Shown here in pieces: positions 55,832 to 64,000 of a stretch of 64,000 nt of DNA. Within the stretch, counting starts at the first letter, position 1. Each line of letters begins with the position of its first letter. The position numbers and the translations under genes were made by a program. Below the pieces are notes generated by a model. That model had not been told where the DNA came from, did no database searches, and was given only the letters and a program-made list of their open reading frames with translations. Source of the DNA: Candidatus Latescibacterota bacterium (GTDB taxonomy: Bacteria; Latescibacterota; UBA2968; UBA8231); assembly GCA_965203175.1 (NCBI GenBank), contig OZ241867.1:3360001-3424000 (forward strand). Direction: 5' to 3'.

Positions 55832-56010
55832 GCAAACCTCCTCATAGGGTTATGCCGGCGGTCGCGCTGGTCGCCACCAGCCCCTCTGTTAAAGTGGCGA
55901 CCGCTGACCGGCTTGGCCCTGTGAGGTTCCGGCCAACGGTCGCCTTGAGCCCGTAGCCGACGACAGCAAGGCGTCGGGTCTTGAGGCTACGGCCACTCGT
56001 TTCCGCGCGT

Positions 56011-56556
56011 CTAAAAGCGACTTTTGAGCTGTCCCCAGGACTGGCCTGCAACCGCCGTAGAAGCGGTTCCCGGATAAAAGCCAGAGCCCAAGACGAAATC
56101 TTGGCCGAGAGCGGAGTAGGGGATGGCGTAGCCCACTTTAGGCGAGCCGGTTTCTTCGTCTCCTTCTACCAGTGGATCGGGCCAAAGATACTCGACGTAG
56201 CCGCCTCCCTCAGCCGCCACGGCGATGAGCTCTTGGACAATTTTGACTCCGTTGGCGTCTTCGAGGTCAATCAAGTTTTGGCCCTCTAGGTCTGGATTAT
56301 CTCCGTGGAGTACAAAGATACCAGTAGTAGAAAAAACAAAGAGGTAGATGGACCCCTGTTTCCAAGGTCCTTCGGTTCTGAATTCCTGCAAGACAGCTAG
56401 GTACTCGGCAAGGCTCGTAGCCTTATCTGCGTGCGCCTTCGCCGCGAGTACAAAGGCTTTCAGGGTTTCTCGGTCCACGACCTCGCTGGCCGTTACCTCC
56501 GCGTCTTGGGCGATAGCCGGATGCACGGCGGGCAAGAGGCCAGTCAGTGCCAGCAT
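56011..56556 (-). CDS. Secreted single Cache-domain protein with C-terminal SWGxLK motif
   Basis: YLFVF...HG..PDLEGQNLIDLEDANGVKIVQELI...GGGYVEYLWPDP...KVGY...GSGFY; ends STAVAGQSWGQLKSRF; start may be CTG 56580 after AAGGAG. Confidence 0.82.
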   Translation of the reverse strand: MLALTGLLPAVHPAIAQDAEVTASEVVDRETLKAFVLAAKAHADKATSLAEYLAVLQEFRTEGPWKQGSIYLFVFSTTGIFVLHGDNPDLEGQNLIDLEDANGVKIVQELIAVAAEGGGYVEYLWPDPLVEGDEETGSPKVGYAIPYSALGQDFVLGSGFYPGTASTAVAGQSWGQLKSRF

Positions 56557-56718
56557 GAGTACTGCTTTTAGACGTTTCAGGATGATCTCCTTTGATAGAG
56601 CTCCCCGCTCGGGGAATGGTTAGCCATCGCCTCTCGGTGCCCTATACACCGAGAGGCTTTTTGCTGGACTATCCAGCACCTATAACGTAAAAAAACGGGA
56701 ACCGCCAAGGACGGCTGC

Positions 56719-57327
56719 TTAGAACAGCCCGTTCAGCGCCAGCCTAATGCTTTTGACTTGCTCGTCCTCGACGTGCTGAAGTGAAAAGTTGGTGTTTACA
56801 AGCACCCGTGTTCCGTTCAGCAGGGGAAGGCCGTAGCCTCCTCCTATTAAGAATCCCGCTCCCCAATCGCTTGTGTCTTCTACCTGAGATTGAGGTATGC
56901 CGACGCCTAGCGTGTAGCTGGCTCTGGCAAGCCCTATGTCCGTCCGCACAAAGGGGCCTTGCCCTATTTCGTGGGTCAAAAAGTGCATGGCGCTCAAGGC
57001 GTAGAGATAGGTGTGGATGTCTATTTCAACGTCCAGTACATCGTCTGTGGCCTCGTATTTATCGACGTTGGCGCTTACGGCGGCGCCAAGGAGCGTTTTG
57101 CTACCCCAAGGCCGGTAGAAACCCAGTTCTAAGGCCAAGGGCAGATGCGACAGGTCAATGTCTGGCGAGTCGTTGAGCTCGTCGATGACAGTCTGCGTCT
57201 CGTCTGGGTATGTGTTGTTCGCGTAACCAGCCCCCAGATAGACGTACCAGCTCTCCAGGTCGCTGTCATCGGCAGCGGCAGGGTTGAAGAGGGCAAGCAT
57301 GGCAACGAGCGTAAATAGTAGCAGCAT
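56719..57327 (-). CDS. Small outer-membrane beta-barrel protein
   Basis: Signal peptide, alternating beta strands, terminal Phe. Confidence 0.75.
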   Translation of the reverse strand: MLLLFTLVAMLALFNPAAADDSDLESWYVYLGAGYANNTYPDETQTVIDELNDSPDIDLSHLPLALELGFYRPWGSKTLLGAAVSANVDKYEATDDVLDVEIDIHTYLYALSAMHFLTHEIGQGPFVRTDIGLARASYTLGVGIPQSQVEDTSDWGAGFLIGGGYGLPLLNGTRVLVNTNFSLQHVEDEQVKSIRLALNGLF

Positions 57328-57360
57328 GGCGCGCTCCTTCTTGGTTAGTTAAACGGACAA

Positions 57361-57585
57361 CTACTTACTCGCCTCGATGATGAGGTAGATATACAAGGAC
57401 ACCACCAGCGCACCCAGCGCGATAGTGCCGCCCACCAGCAGATGACGCTTTCTGAGTCCATGATGCCTCCTTTCCTCCAAGTGGCGGCGACCCCTGCGGT
57501 GGGCCGCCGCCGGAACCGCGCCTACCTCCCCCCAGAGATGTGCGCGGCTGAATGGACGGGCTGAAGGGTGGGTTAGGGTCTCCAT
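57361..57585 (-). CDS. Small protein/fragment with C-terminal TM helix
   Basis: LLVGGTIALGALVVSLYIYLII; overlaps the upstream gene end. Confidence 0.4.
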   Translation of the reverse strand: METLTHPSARPFSRAHLWGEVGAVPAAAHRRGRRHLEERRHHGLRKRHLLVGGTIALGALVVSLYIYLIIEASK

Positions 57586-58574
57586 TGCTCGGCACGCTCA
57601 AGAAAAACCGCTGGATGGGCGCGCCACTCTTGATAGCCAATGCGCCGGTTGTCGGTCAGATAGTTGATCTTCTCATCCAGGCAGGCCGCCAGATCGGTGT
57701 CGTCGGTGCCCAGCGCGAATCCGCCTAGCTCGGCGGCCTCGTCGAGGGCTGTGACCACAAACGTGCCCTCGGAAGCGTAACCGGCCTCGCGGTTGCCGAT
57801 TTCGCCGCGGGCGATGGCGTCGATCTGGCCGCTTTGGAGGGCTTCTAACAGTTCCGCCTCGCCGGTTTCTTCTCCCAGATAGATCACGTGCGGCATGTGC
57901 GCTTCGGGCGGTATGAGTCGCTGCCGGCCGACAAGGTTGGCCGATGGGCCAGCGGCGGTGATGGTGTAGGAGGCCGTGCCATCGGCTACCAGCTCGCCTT
58001 CTGGCGTCTGGATGCGCGTGAAAGCGGCGAGGATGCCTCGGGCATCGACTAAGCCGGTCCGCTCCAACAGGCGGAACTCGCCGGTGGTGCCGCCCAGCAC
58101 CCCCACCCGCGCTTGGCTGGTCAGGTCGCTATACTGGGCAAAACGCTCGGCGTCGGTGGCTCGCACGAGTAGGGATTGGCGAAAGGCGATGTGGCCGGAC
58201 GTAAAGGTTACCGCTGGGTCGCCGACGGCATTGCGGGTCCGGGCGTCAAGGATAGTAATGCCGCCGCCGACCAGGTCATACTCCGGCCCGGCCGCTCGGA
58301 GCCATATATCAGACCACTCGGCAATACCTTGGCGCGCGAAGGACAGGCCCGCGCCGTTCATGGCCGCCAGGGCGGTCAACAAATCCGCTTCATACCCGAG
58401 ATGTTCGTCGAATCCGGCGGTGCCAGGGTCGTCGGCGCTGTAGCTGACCGGCGCGAAAAAGGCATAGAACCCAACTTGTAGCACCTGCCCGTCGCCGCAA
58501 GCGGCCCCCGGAGCGTCCCCGGGCGACGAGCAGGCCACCGCGAAGAGTGCCAAGGATGTGAGGAATATACGCAT
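57573..58574 (-). CDS. Amino-acid-type ABC substrate-binding lipoprotein
   Basis: MRIFLTSLALFAVAC lipobox; VGFYAFFAPVSY, GYEADLL, GGITILDAR, ALQSGQIDAI. Confidence 0.85.
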   Translation of the reverse strand: MRIFLTSLALFAVACSSPGDAPGAACGDGQVLQVGFYAFFAPVSYSADDPGTAGFDEHLGYEADLLTALAAMNGAGLSFARQGIAEWSDIWLRAAGPEYDLVGGGITILDARTRNAVGDPAVTFTSGHIAFRQSLLVRATDAERFAQYSDLTSQARVGVLGGTTGEFRLLERTGLVDARGILAAFTRIQTPEGELVADGTASYTITAAGPSANLVGRQRLIPPEAHMPHVIYLGEETGEAELLEALQSGQIDAIARGEIGNREAGYASEGTFVVTALDEAAELGGFALGTDDTDLAACLDEKINYLTDNRRIGYQEWRAHPAVFLERAEQWRP

Positions 58575-58674
58575 CTGAAGCCCTTTTTTAGTTAGACTAT
58601 TCTCCGATACAGCCTCGGCCACATCGCCTTTCGCCAATGCAACCGGCATCCCCTTGCGCCGTCAGCCCGTCCAA

Positions 58675-58878
58675 TCAGACCGCCTCGGCGGCGGCTTTAG
58701 CTTCCTCGATAGACTCCAGCTCATCGCCTTGGGTGATTTCAATGCCGTCTTTCCAGACGGAAAACCAGTAGGTCAACGGCTCGTGGCCATTGTTGCCAGC
58801 AATCAGGGTCTTGCCATCTTCTTTGTGCCAGTACCAGCGCTGCACCTGGGCTGAGTAATTCCATTGGGTCTCAGTCAT
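58675..58878 (-). CDS. Small phage-like hypothetical protein
   Basis: Trp-rich 67 aa ending ESIEEAKAAAE; coupled to the upstream peptide. Confidence 0.6.
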   Translation of the reverse strand: MTETQWNYSAQVQRWYWHKEDGKTLIAGNNGHEPLTYWFSVWKDGIEITQGDELESIEEAKAAAEAV

Positions 58879-58945
58879 CGCGACACACCGCCTTGAGCAG
58901 CTTGAGTAGTCCCCATGCTAGGACGATCCAGATAAAACGGAACAT
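58871..58945 (-). CDS. 24-aa hydrophobic peptide
   Basis: RBS AGGAGG; MFRFIWIVLAWGLLKLLKAVCRDD. Confidence 0.55.
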   Translation of the reverse strand: MFRFIWIVLAWGLLKLLKAVCRDD

Positions 58946-59043
58946 GGCCTCCTGCTTGATTTAGGTGAGCGGGCGACCCAAGGTAGGTTTAAGGTCGCCC
59001 GCCCGGGCTGCAGGTGTGGGGGTGGTAGCGCGCCCCTTGCAGC

Positions 59044-59145
59044 CTATTCAGCGACCCAGCGCGCCAGCCGGACCAAGACGTAAAAGAAGAGGTAGTAGAG
59101 CACAAAGAAGAGCACGTAGTGCTTGAAAAAGTCCCCCCACTTCAC
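59044..59145 (-). CDS. 33-aa hydrophobic peptide
   Basis: GTG start; KWGDFFKHYVLFFVLYYLFFYVLVRLARWVAE. Confidence 0.5.
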   Translation of the reverse strand: MKWGDFFKHYVLFFVLYYLFFYVLVRLARWVAE

Positions 59146-59317
59146 GCCCTTTTCCGATAGGTCTTGGGCCTGTTGGCTTGTTCAGAGCAAGCCATAGCGC
59201 AAAATAATGCGCCTGTAAAAAGCAACAGAAGGGGTTTCATCATCTGCCTTGCTCCTTTATTTAGTAGCAGCATGGCGCACTCCTTCTTGGTTAGTTAAAA
59301 AGACACTACTGCCGGTT

Positions 59318-59803
59318 TCAATTGCTACTCAACAGGAGGCCCGCTATAAGAGTGGGGTGCGCTATCACCAACAGTACCATGGTCAACCCGATTCCAAAAC
59401 GGTGATGGCCAAACAACTCGAAGCGTTGAAACCAACGAGACGGTCGTGTATCGTCTGCGCCTCGCCAAAAGTGGGATAGATCCGCCAAGACTAAGGCGAG
59501 AAGACAAAAGGCAGCCAGCAGTATGAATATTAGGTGAACGGAACTGAGAAAGGAAAATAGCTGAGCTAAGCTGATCGACGAGTCTGGGGCTGTGAACGCT
59601 GTGCTAGACTCGGTCAGGAGTCCTATCAGAAACGGATTAGCATACTGCCCCAAGGAATACAGATAGAAGAAGATTACAAGCCAAAATGGGCTGCAAATTC
59701 CATTTGATCGTCGAAGAGTCTGAGCGATCACTGTCAAAGCGACTAGAAAAGTAATTTGCAGGGCCATAGCGATAATCCACAACGATAGGGTGATATTCTC
59801 CAT
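59318..59803 (-). CDS. Integral membrane protein (about 4 TM)
   Basis: RBS AGGAG; four hydrophobic segments. Confidence 0.7.
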   Translation of the reverse strand: MENITLSLWIIAMALQITFLVALTVIAQTLRRSNGICSPFWLVIFFYLYSLGQYANPFLIGLLTESSTAFTAPDSSISLAQLFSFLSSVHLIFILLAAFCLLALVLADLSHFWRGADDTRPSRWFQRFELFGHHRFGIGLTMVLLVIAHPTLIAGLLLSSN

Positions 59804-59880
59804 CTTGGTATCTCCTATTGGCTATAGCTGGTTTCCAAACTCCCATAGGGATTCGGGTTGAATTTTTGAGCGGCCGCGGG

Positions 59881-60042
59881 CTATTTTTCGACCATCGAAA
59901 GGAGTATATCCAATGAGTACTTGGACAGGTACCGAATCCAAGCGAGGGCGGTGCAGATCACGCCAATGAACACCGAGCAGCCGACGATTAGGTAGAGCCG
60001 CGATTTCTTCTTCTTCCCCTTTATCCGTTTCTGGCGCATCAT
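59881..60042 (-). CDS. Small basic single-TM protein
   Basis: MMRQKRIKGKKKKSRLYLIVGCSVFIGVICTALAWIRY...; an upstream in-frame ATG (60063) is followed by a TAG. Confidence 0.45.
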   Translation of the reverse strand: MMRQKRIKGKKKKSRLYLIVGCSVFIGVICTALAWIRYLSKYSLDILLSMVEK

Positions 60043-60238
60043 CTCAAACTACTTATCGAACATCCATCTCCGATCTAGTTAAAGCGGCGGCTCCCGCGTG
60101 GGGTGCCAGGAGCCGCCGCGAAGCACTCCTTCATGGTTTCCCTGCGACCGTATCGTAGTTGGGCGAGCGGCCTACCAAAGCCCAAAGGGCCGCTCGCCCA
60201 GGCCGCAGGCGGTGGGATGCTAGCGCGCCTACCTGCGG

Positions 60239-60499
60239 TCATTGCCGTCTCTGGTTTTTATCCACCCTTGCGCGAGACGGCAATTTCAGTGGCGACGGCC
60301 CTGCGACTCTGGAAAAGGGCCGTCGCCCGTCCGCAGGGTTTCCCCACGACGCCCTCCCATCGTTAGGGTCCTGCGGATTTTGTCGAAGGATGCTTTGAAA
60401 AAACGCCCGGATCTGCCGCTTCAGACGCTGGCGCTGTTGCCGCTTTTCATACTCTTGGCGCACACGCCGTGCGACGCTGACGTAATCAAAATCAGTCAT
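60239..60499 (-). CDS. Small basic hypothetical protein
   Basis: RBS GGAGG; overlaps the upstream gene end. Confidence 0.5.
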   Translation of the reverse strand: MTDFDYVSVARRVRQEYEKRQQRQRLKRQIRAFFQSILRQNPQDPNDGRASWGNPADGRRPFSRVAGPSPLKLPSRARVDKNQRRQ

Positions 60500-60881
60500 T
60501 CGGACCTCCCGGTCGTGTAGGGGGCTTGCCCTCCATTTTCTCTAGTATCTCCAGTATCTTGCGCTGGCCGGTCAGCATCTTGTCGAAGCGGCCTTCGAGG
60601 CCGTCCTGCTTGGACTCGATGCGTGTCAGCCGGTTGCCATGGTCCTCCTCGATGTGATCCAGCTTGCTCTTTATCCTGGCAAAGAAGCCGCTTTGCTGCT
60701 CCAGCCTGTCCTCTATTAATCCCATCCGACTGTCCAGGCCGTCCATCTTCGCGTCCATTTCTCGCTGCACCTGCTCGATGTGGCCGAGGCGCTGGTGGAT
60801 CTCGTTGATAGGCCGCTCGATGCGCGTTTGGATCATCTGGCGCATCTCAGCCTTGAAGGCGTCAAACTGCTGTTGGTTCAT
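60492..60881 (-). CDS. Coiled-coil protein
   Basis: ATG 60881 in ATGA overlap with the immunity gene; heptads MDGLDSRMGLIEDRLE. Confidence 0.7.
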   Translation of the reverse strand: MNQQQFDAFKAEMRQMIQTRIERPINEIHQRLGHIEQVQREMDAKMDGLDSRMGLIEDRLEQQSGFFARIKSKLDHIEEDHGNRLTRIESKQDGLEGRFDKMLTGQRKILEILEKMEGKPPTRPGGPND

Positions 60882-61069
60882 CTTCTTTCTCCCTGCTCGA
60901 TGTTTGAAAGCGCCCAGGCCAGTGAGAGAATCCATCCCAATACCGTCCATCCTAGCAAAAGGTTGATGATGAAGATGGGAGCACCGTTGGGATGGTTTCG
61001 ATTGTAGGCGATGACCGTTGGCAAAAGGTAGAGGGCCAAACCAAGCAAGATCGGTATTATCCCTTCCAC
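60878..61069 (-). CDS. Superinfection immunity protein (T4 Imm-like)
   Basis: LYLLPTVIAYNRNHPN...IFIINLLLGWTVLGWILSLAWAL family signature. Confidence 0.88.
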   Translation of the reverse strand: MEGIIPILLGLALYLLPTVIAYNRNHPNGAPIFIINLLLGWTVLGWILSLAWALSNIEQGERR

Positions 61070-61168
61070 GTCTTGTACTTCTAAGGCCGGTTCGGCTTGG
61101 GGTAGGCTGCATCAACCATATCCAGAAACCAGTCCAGATCGTGCAGGGTGTCGGTTACGCCCGCGGCC
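61070..61168 (-). pseudogene. 3' remnant of IS1-like transposase
   Basis: AAGVTDTLHDLDWFLDMVDAAYPKPNRP*KYKT, close to the C-terminus of 31879-32420. Confidence 0.75.
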
Positions 61169-61299
61169 CTCGTCGGTTCTGGTAGACATCTTCCACCTGC
61201 ATCCCGGCTAGCCCGTCAGAAACAGCGTACCGGTGTCCCAGGATAGCCCTCAAGGATTTTATGCCTGGGATCTCCGCAGATTCACGTCCATCATTCATT

Positions 61300-61704
61300 T
61301 CAGTTCTGCTCTGATTCTTCCCATCCCACTATTTCTCGACACCTTGAAAGACAGCGAACCCAACTGGATCGTTTTTTTTCAACATTCTCCCTAACGGCTA
61401 ATATCAGTTCCTCTCTGCTGGCATCTTCTCCTGCTACATACGCTGGATTCCAATGCCCTTTAAACCGCACCTTACATGCTCGGCAGCTAAGGGCCACATT
61501 CTCAAGCGTGTGATCGCCGCCAGCCGATTCAGGAACGATATGGTCGAGTTGCCATGACAGGTAATTATCGACCGAAGCCAACATATCTTTATCGCAATAC
61601 TCGCATTTATATCCGGCTCTCTCACCCGCTTCGGCGGTCCATACGCCTGCTAGTCCTTCGCCTTGCGAATCTTTCTGATGGCGTATCCTATCAAGACACC
61701 TCAA
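61300..61704 (-). CDS. HNH endonuclease
   Basis: KCEYCD...QLDHIVPESAGG.HTLENVALSCRAC; N-terminus uncertain. Confidence 0.75.
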   Translation of the reverse strand: MRCLDRIRHQKDSQGEGLAGVWTAEAGERAGYKCEYCDKDMLASVDNYLSWQLDHIVPESAGGDHTLENVALSCRACKVRFKGHWNPAYVAGEDASREELILAVRENVEKKRSSWVRCLSRCREIVGWEESEQN

Positions 61705-62118
61705 TTCAGCCGTTTCTTGATCGTAGCCGCGTCCTTCTGAAGGATTTTTGGGTGCTCAGGCATGTGGTTTCCCCGTCACCCGATGGGTCGATGATGCACC
61801 TTGCTCCCGGCACTTCGTACCAACTCTGCGTCTCCTCTTTAGCTCCTCATAATTTTTGGTTTTCATTGACACTTTACCTCTTTGGTCACTCAGGGATGTA
61901 ATTCCCCATAAAATCCCATAATCTTCCAAAGCTAAGGCTTATGTATAATTTTCAGGTAATTTGCCAGCCTGTTTCTGTAATTTTATTATAATTTTTTGCC
62001 TAAAATGGTATGATTGGCCCCGTCAGGGCCTACCTCGCCTTGAATCCCGTTGCATCATTAGGCGACGCCCGACGAGCCTACAATCACGGGTATCCCGCAT
62101 CCTGATGGAGGTGATCCG

Positions 62119-64000
62119 TTGAAAAACACCGACGAACGTGACCAACAGATAGAGGCACTGCGCAACCGCCTCTCCAGACTGAGCGAGGCCAGCCTCCGCA
62201 TCAACGAGAGCCTCGACTTCGACACGGTATTGCAGGAGATTTTGGATAGTGCCCGATCGCTGACCGACGCTCGGTACGGCGTGATCGTTACCCTGGATGA
62301 TAAAGGGCAGGTGGAGGACTTTCTGGCCTCCGGCCTGACGGACGAGGAGACCCAACAGGTATTGGCGATGCCCGAGGGGCTGAAGATCTTCGAATACCTA
62401 ACCACCATTCCAGGACCGCTGAGAGGCCCGGACTTTGTCAGCTACATTAGATCGCAGGATCTGCCCGAGTTCCGTCTACCCACTCAGACAAGCGCCTACT
62501 TGGGGGTTCCGATTCGCCACCGGGGCGAGAATGTGGGCAACATTTACCTCGCCAAGAGCGAACCGGGACAGGAGTTCACTCGCGAAGACGAGGAGACCTT
62601 GGTCATGTTCGCGTCGCAGGCGGCGCTGGTCATCGCCAACGCCCGCAAGTACCGCGACGAGCAGCGGGCCCGAGCCGACCTGGAAACGCTGATCAACACC
62701 TCGCCGGTGGGCGTGGTGGTCTTCGACGCCCGAACCGGCGTGTTGGTGTCCATCAACCGGGAGGCCAGAAGGATTATGGGGGGCCTACAGACGCCGGGAT
62801 GCCCCGTGGAGCAAGTCCTCGACGTGCTCACTGTCCGGCGTGCGGATGGGCGCGAGATTTCTCTGGCCGAGTTCCCCCTTGCGCAGGCGTTGAGTACCGG
62901 CGAGACCGTCCGCGCCGAGGAGATCGTCCTCCAGAGCCCCGACGGCCGGTCGGTGACCACGTTGGTAAACGCCACACCCATCCGTTCGGAGGACGGCGAG
63001 GTGGAGTCGGTCGTGGTCACGCTACAGGACATGACACCGCTGGAGGAGTTGGAGCGGTTGCGGGCTGAGCTCCTGGGTACGGTGAGCCACGAATTGCGCG
63101 TTCCGCTGACCTCCATTAGAGGCTCCGCAACAACCCTGCTGAACCCCTCCTCCGACTTGGACCCCGCCGAACTGCGCCAGTTTTACCAGATTATCGCCGA
63201 TCAGGCCGACCACATGGGCGAGCTGATTGGTGACCTGCTGGACGTAGCACGCATCGAGACGGGCACGCTGCCGGTGAGTCCTGAACCCGTGGAGATCGCC
63301 CGCTTGGTGGACCGGGCCAGGAACACCTTCCTAAGCGGCGGCGGCAGGAACCCCCTCGACTTCGACCTCGCGCTGGATCTGCCCCCGGTCATGGCAGACC
63401 GACCGCGCATCGTCCAGGTCCTGTCCAACCTCTTGTCCAACGCGGCAAGGCACTCGCGGGAGTCGTCGGTCATCCGGGTGACCGCGGTGCGGGAAGATTT
63501 CCACGTGGCGGTCACCGTCGCCGACGAGGGCACCGGGATCTCCGCCGAGCGGTTGCCGCACCTGTTCAGGAAATTTTCCCGGATCCACCGCGAGGCCGGG
63601 GAACGCGAAATCAGCGGTTCGGGTCTGGGCCTTGCCATCTGTAAGGGGATCGTAGAGACGCACGGGGGCCGCATCTGGGCGGAGAGCGACGGGCTGGGCC
63701 AAGGCGCGCGGTTTACCTTCACCATACCGGCAGTCGAAGAGGCCGGGAGCCGAGCAACAACCCCGTCCCCTCGGCGTACCACCCACTCGCGGCAGGAGAC
63801 GAGCGAGGAGGTCCGCATTTTGGTGGTGGACGACGATCCGCAAGCACTGCGGTACATCCGGGACGCACTCTCGGAGGCGGGCTTCACGCCGATAGTGACC
63901 GCTGACCCCAAAGAGGCACTCCTCCTCATGGAGGAGCAAAAGCCTCACTTGGTCTTGCTCGACCTGGTGCTGCCCGACGCCGACGGCATTGACCTGATGA
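62119..64000 (+). CDS. Hybrid sensor histidine kinase (GAF-PAS-HisKA-HATPase-REC), runs off window end
   Basis: RBS GGAGGTG, TTG start; hand translation shows GAF (INESLDFDTVLQ), PAS, VSHELRVPLTSI, VLSNLLSNA, GSGLGLAI and ILVVDDD; missing from the ORF track because it is open-ended. Confidence 0.9.
   Translation, partial: MKNTDERDQQIEALRNRLSRLSEASLRINESLDFDTVLQEILDSARSLTDARYGVIVTLDDKGQVEDFLASGLTDEETQQVLAMPEGLKIFEYLTTIPGPLRGPDFVSYIRSQDLPEFRLPTQTSAYLGVPIRHRGENVGNIYLAKSEPGQEFTREDEETLVMFASQAALVIANARKYRDEQRARADLETLINTSPVGVVVFDARTGVLVSINREARRIMGGLQTPGCPVEQVLDVLTVRRADGREISLAEFPLAQALSTGETVRAEEIVLQSPDGRSVTTLVNATPIRSEDGEVESVVVTLQDMTPLEELERLRAELLGTVSHELRVPLTSIRGSATTLLNPSSDLDPAELRQFYQIIADQADHMGELIGDLLDVARIETGTLPVSPEPVEIARLVDRARNTFLSGGGRNPLDFDLALDLPPVMADRPRIVQVLSNLLSNAARHSRESSVIRVTAVREDFHVAVTVADEGTGISAERLPHLFRKFSRIHREAGEREISGSGLGLAICKGIVETHGGRIWAESDGLGQGARFTFTIPAVEEAGSRATTPSPRRTTHSRQETSEEVRILVVDDDPQALRYIRDALSEAGFTPIVTADPKEALLLMEEQKPHLVLLDLVLPDADGIDLM

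Larger units (their letters stand above)
26235..64000. mobile_element. Mosaic genomic island region starting at the tRNA-Lys att site; right boundary not seen
   Basis: att plus integrase at the left end; replication module, IS remnants, defence genes; no second att or intact tRNA-Lys found to the right, so the extent is uncertain. Confidence 0.6.

Noticed and set aside
60882-61115. 207-aa version of the coiled-coil ORF starting at 61115
   Set aside because: The extension overlaps the immunity gene; the coupled ATG at 60881 is more plausible

Overview
GC-rich bacterial chromosome segment. The gene content (C-terminal T/SWGxxK proteins, eukaryote-like LRR/TPR proteins, GAF-PAS-HK-REC kinase) suggests an FCB-related, possibly sponge-associated lineage; this is inference only. 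(1) 1-935: start of an LptD-like gene and rlmB. (2) 1.1-8.0 kb: toxin-antitoxin/defence hotspot between rlmB and mutS (AbiEi/AbiEii, XRE-ImmA, DUF2188 pseudogene, TPR, SIR2-like, MNT with a HEPN stub, DUF4160/DUF2442), several genes cut off by their neighbours. (3) 8.0-19.9 kb: core minus-strand cluster TPR-efp-accB-accC-gcvH-HNH-scpA-scpB-rluB-cmk-rpsA-mutS. (4) Two 3' fragments of one tRNA-Lys(CTT) (20004-20044, 26235-26297) mark tandem islands. The first (6.2 kb, no integrase) is a self-contained sigma54 circuit: an apparently cytoplasmic beta-propeller/YYY-AAA+-HTH activator, three phased palindromic sites, a -24/-12 promoter, a repeat-containing TlpA-like redoxin and a STAS-like protein. 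(5) From 26.3 kb to the window end: a mosaic region with a tyrosine integrase, an IS5 element and related MITEs, IS1-like remnants and terminal sequences, an LRR-dockerin lipoprotein preceded by a 135-nt structured RNA, an excisionase-primase-helicase-initiator-iteron replicon (IncQ-like logic), candidate defence genes (HNH, Ser/Thr kinase with Zn ribbon, AAA-TOPRIM/PARIS-like, superinfection immunity), orphan solute-binding proteins, small membrane peptides with a repeated two-hairpin motif, and a hybrid histidine kinase cut by the window edge. No CRISPR array, rRNA or intact tRNA was found. All family assignments come from motif recognition by eye, not database searches.
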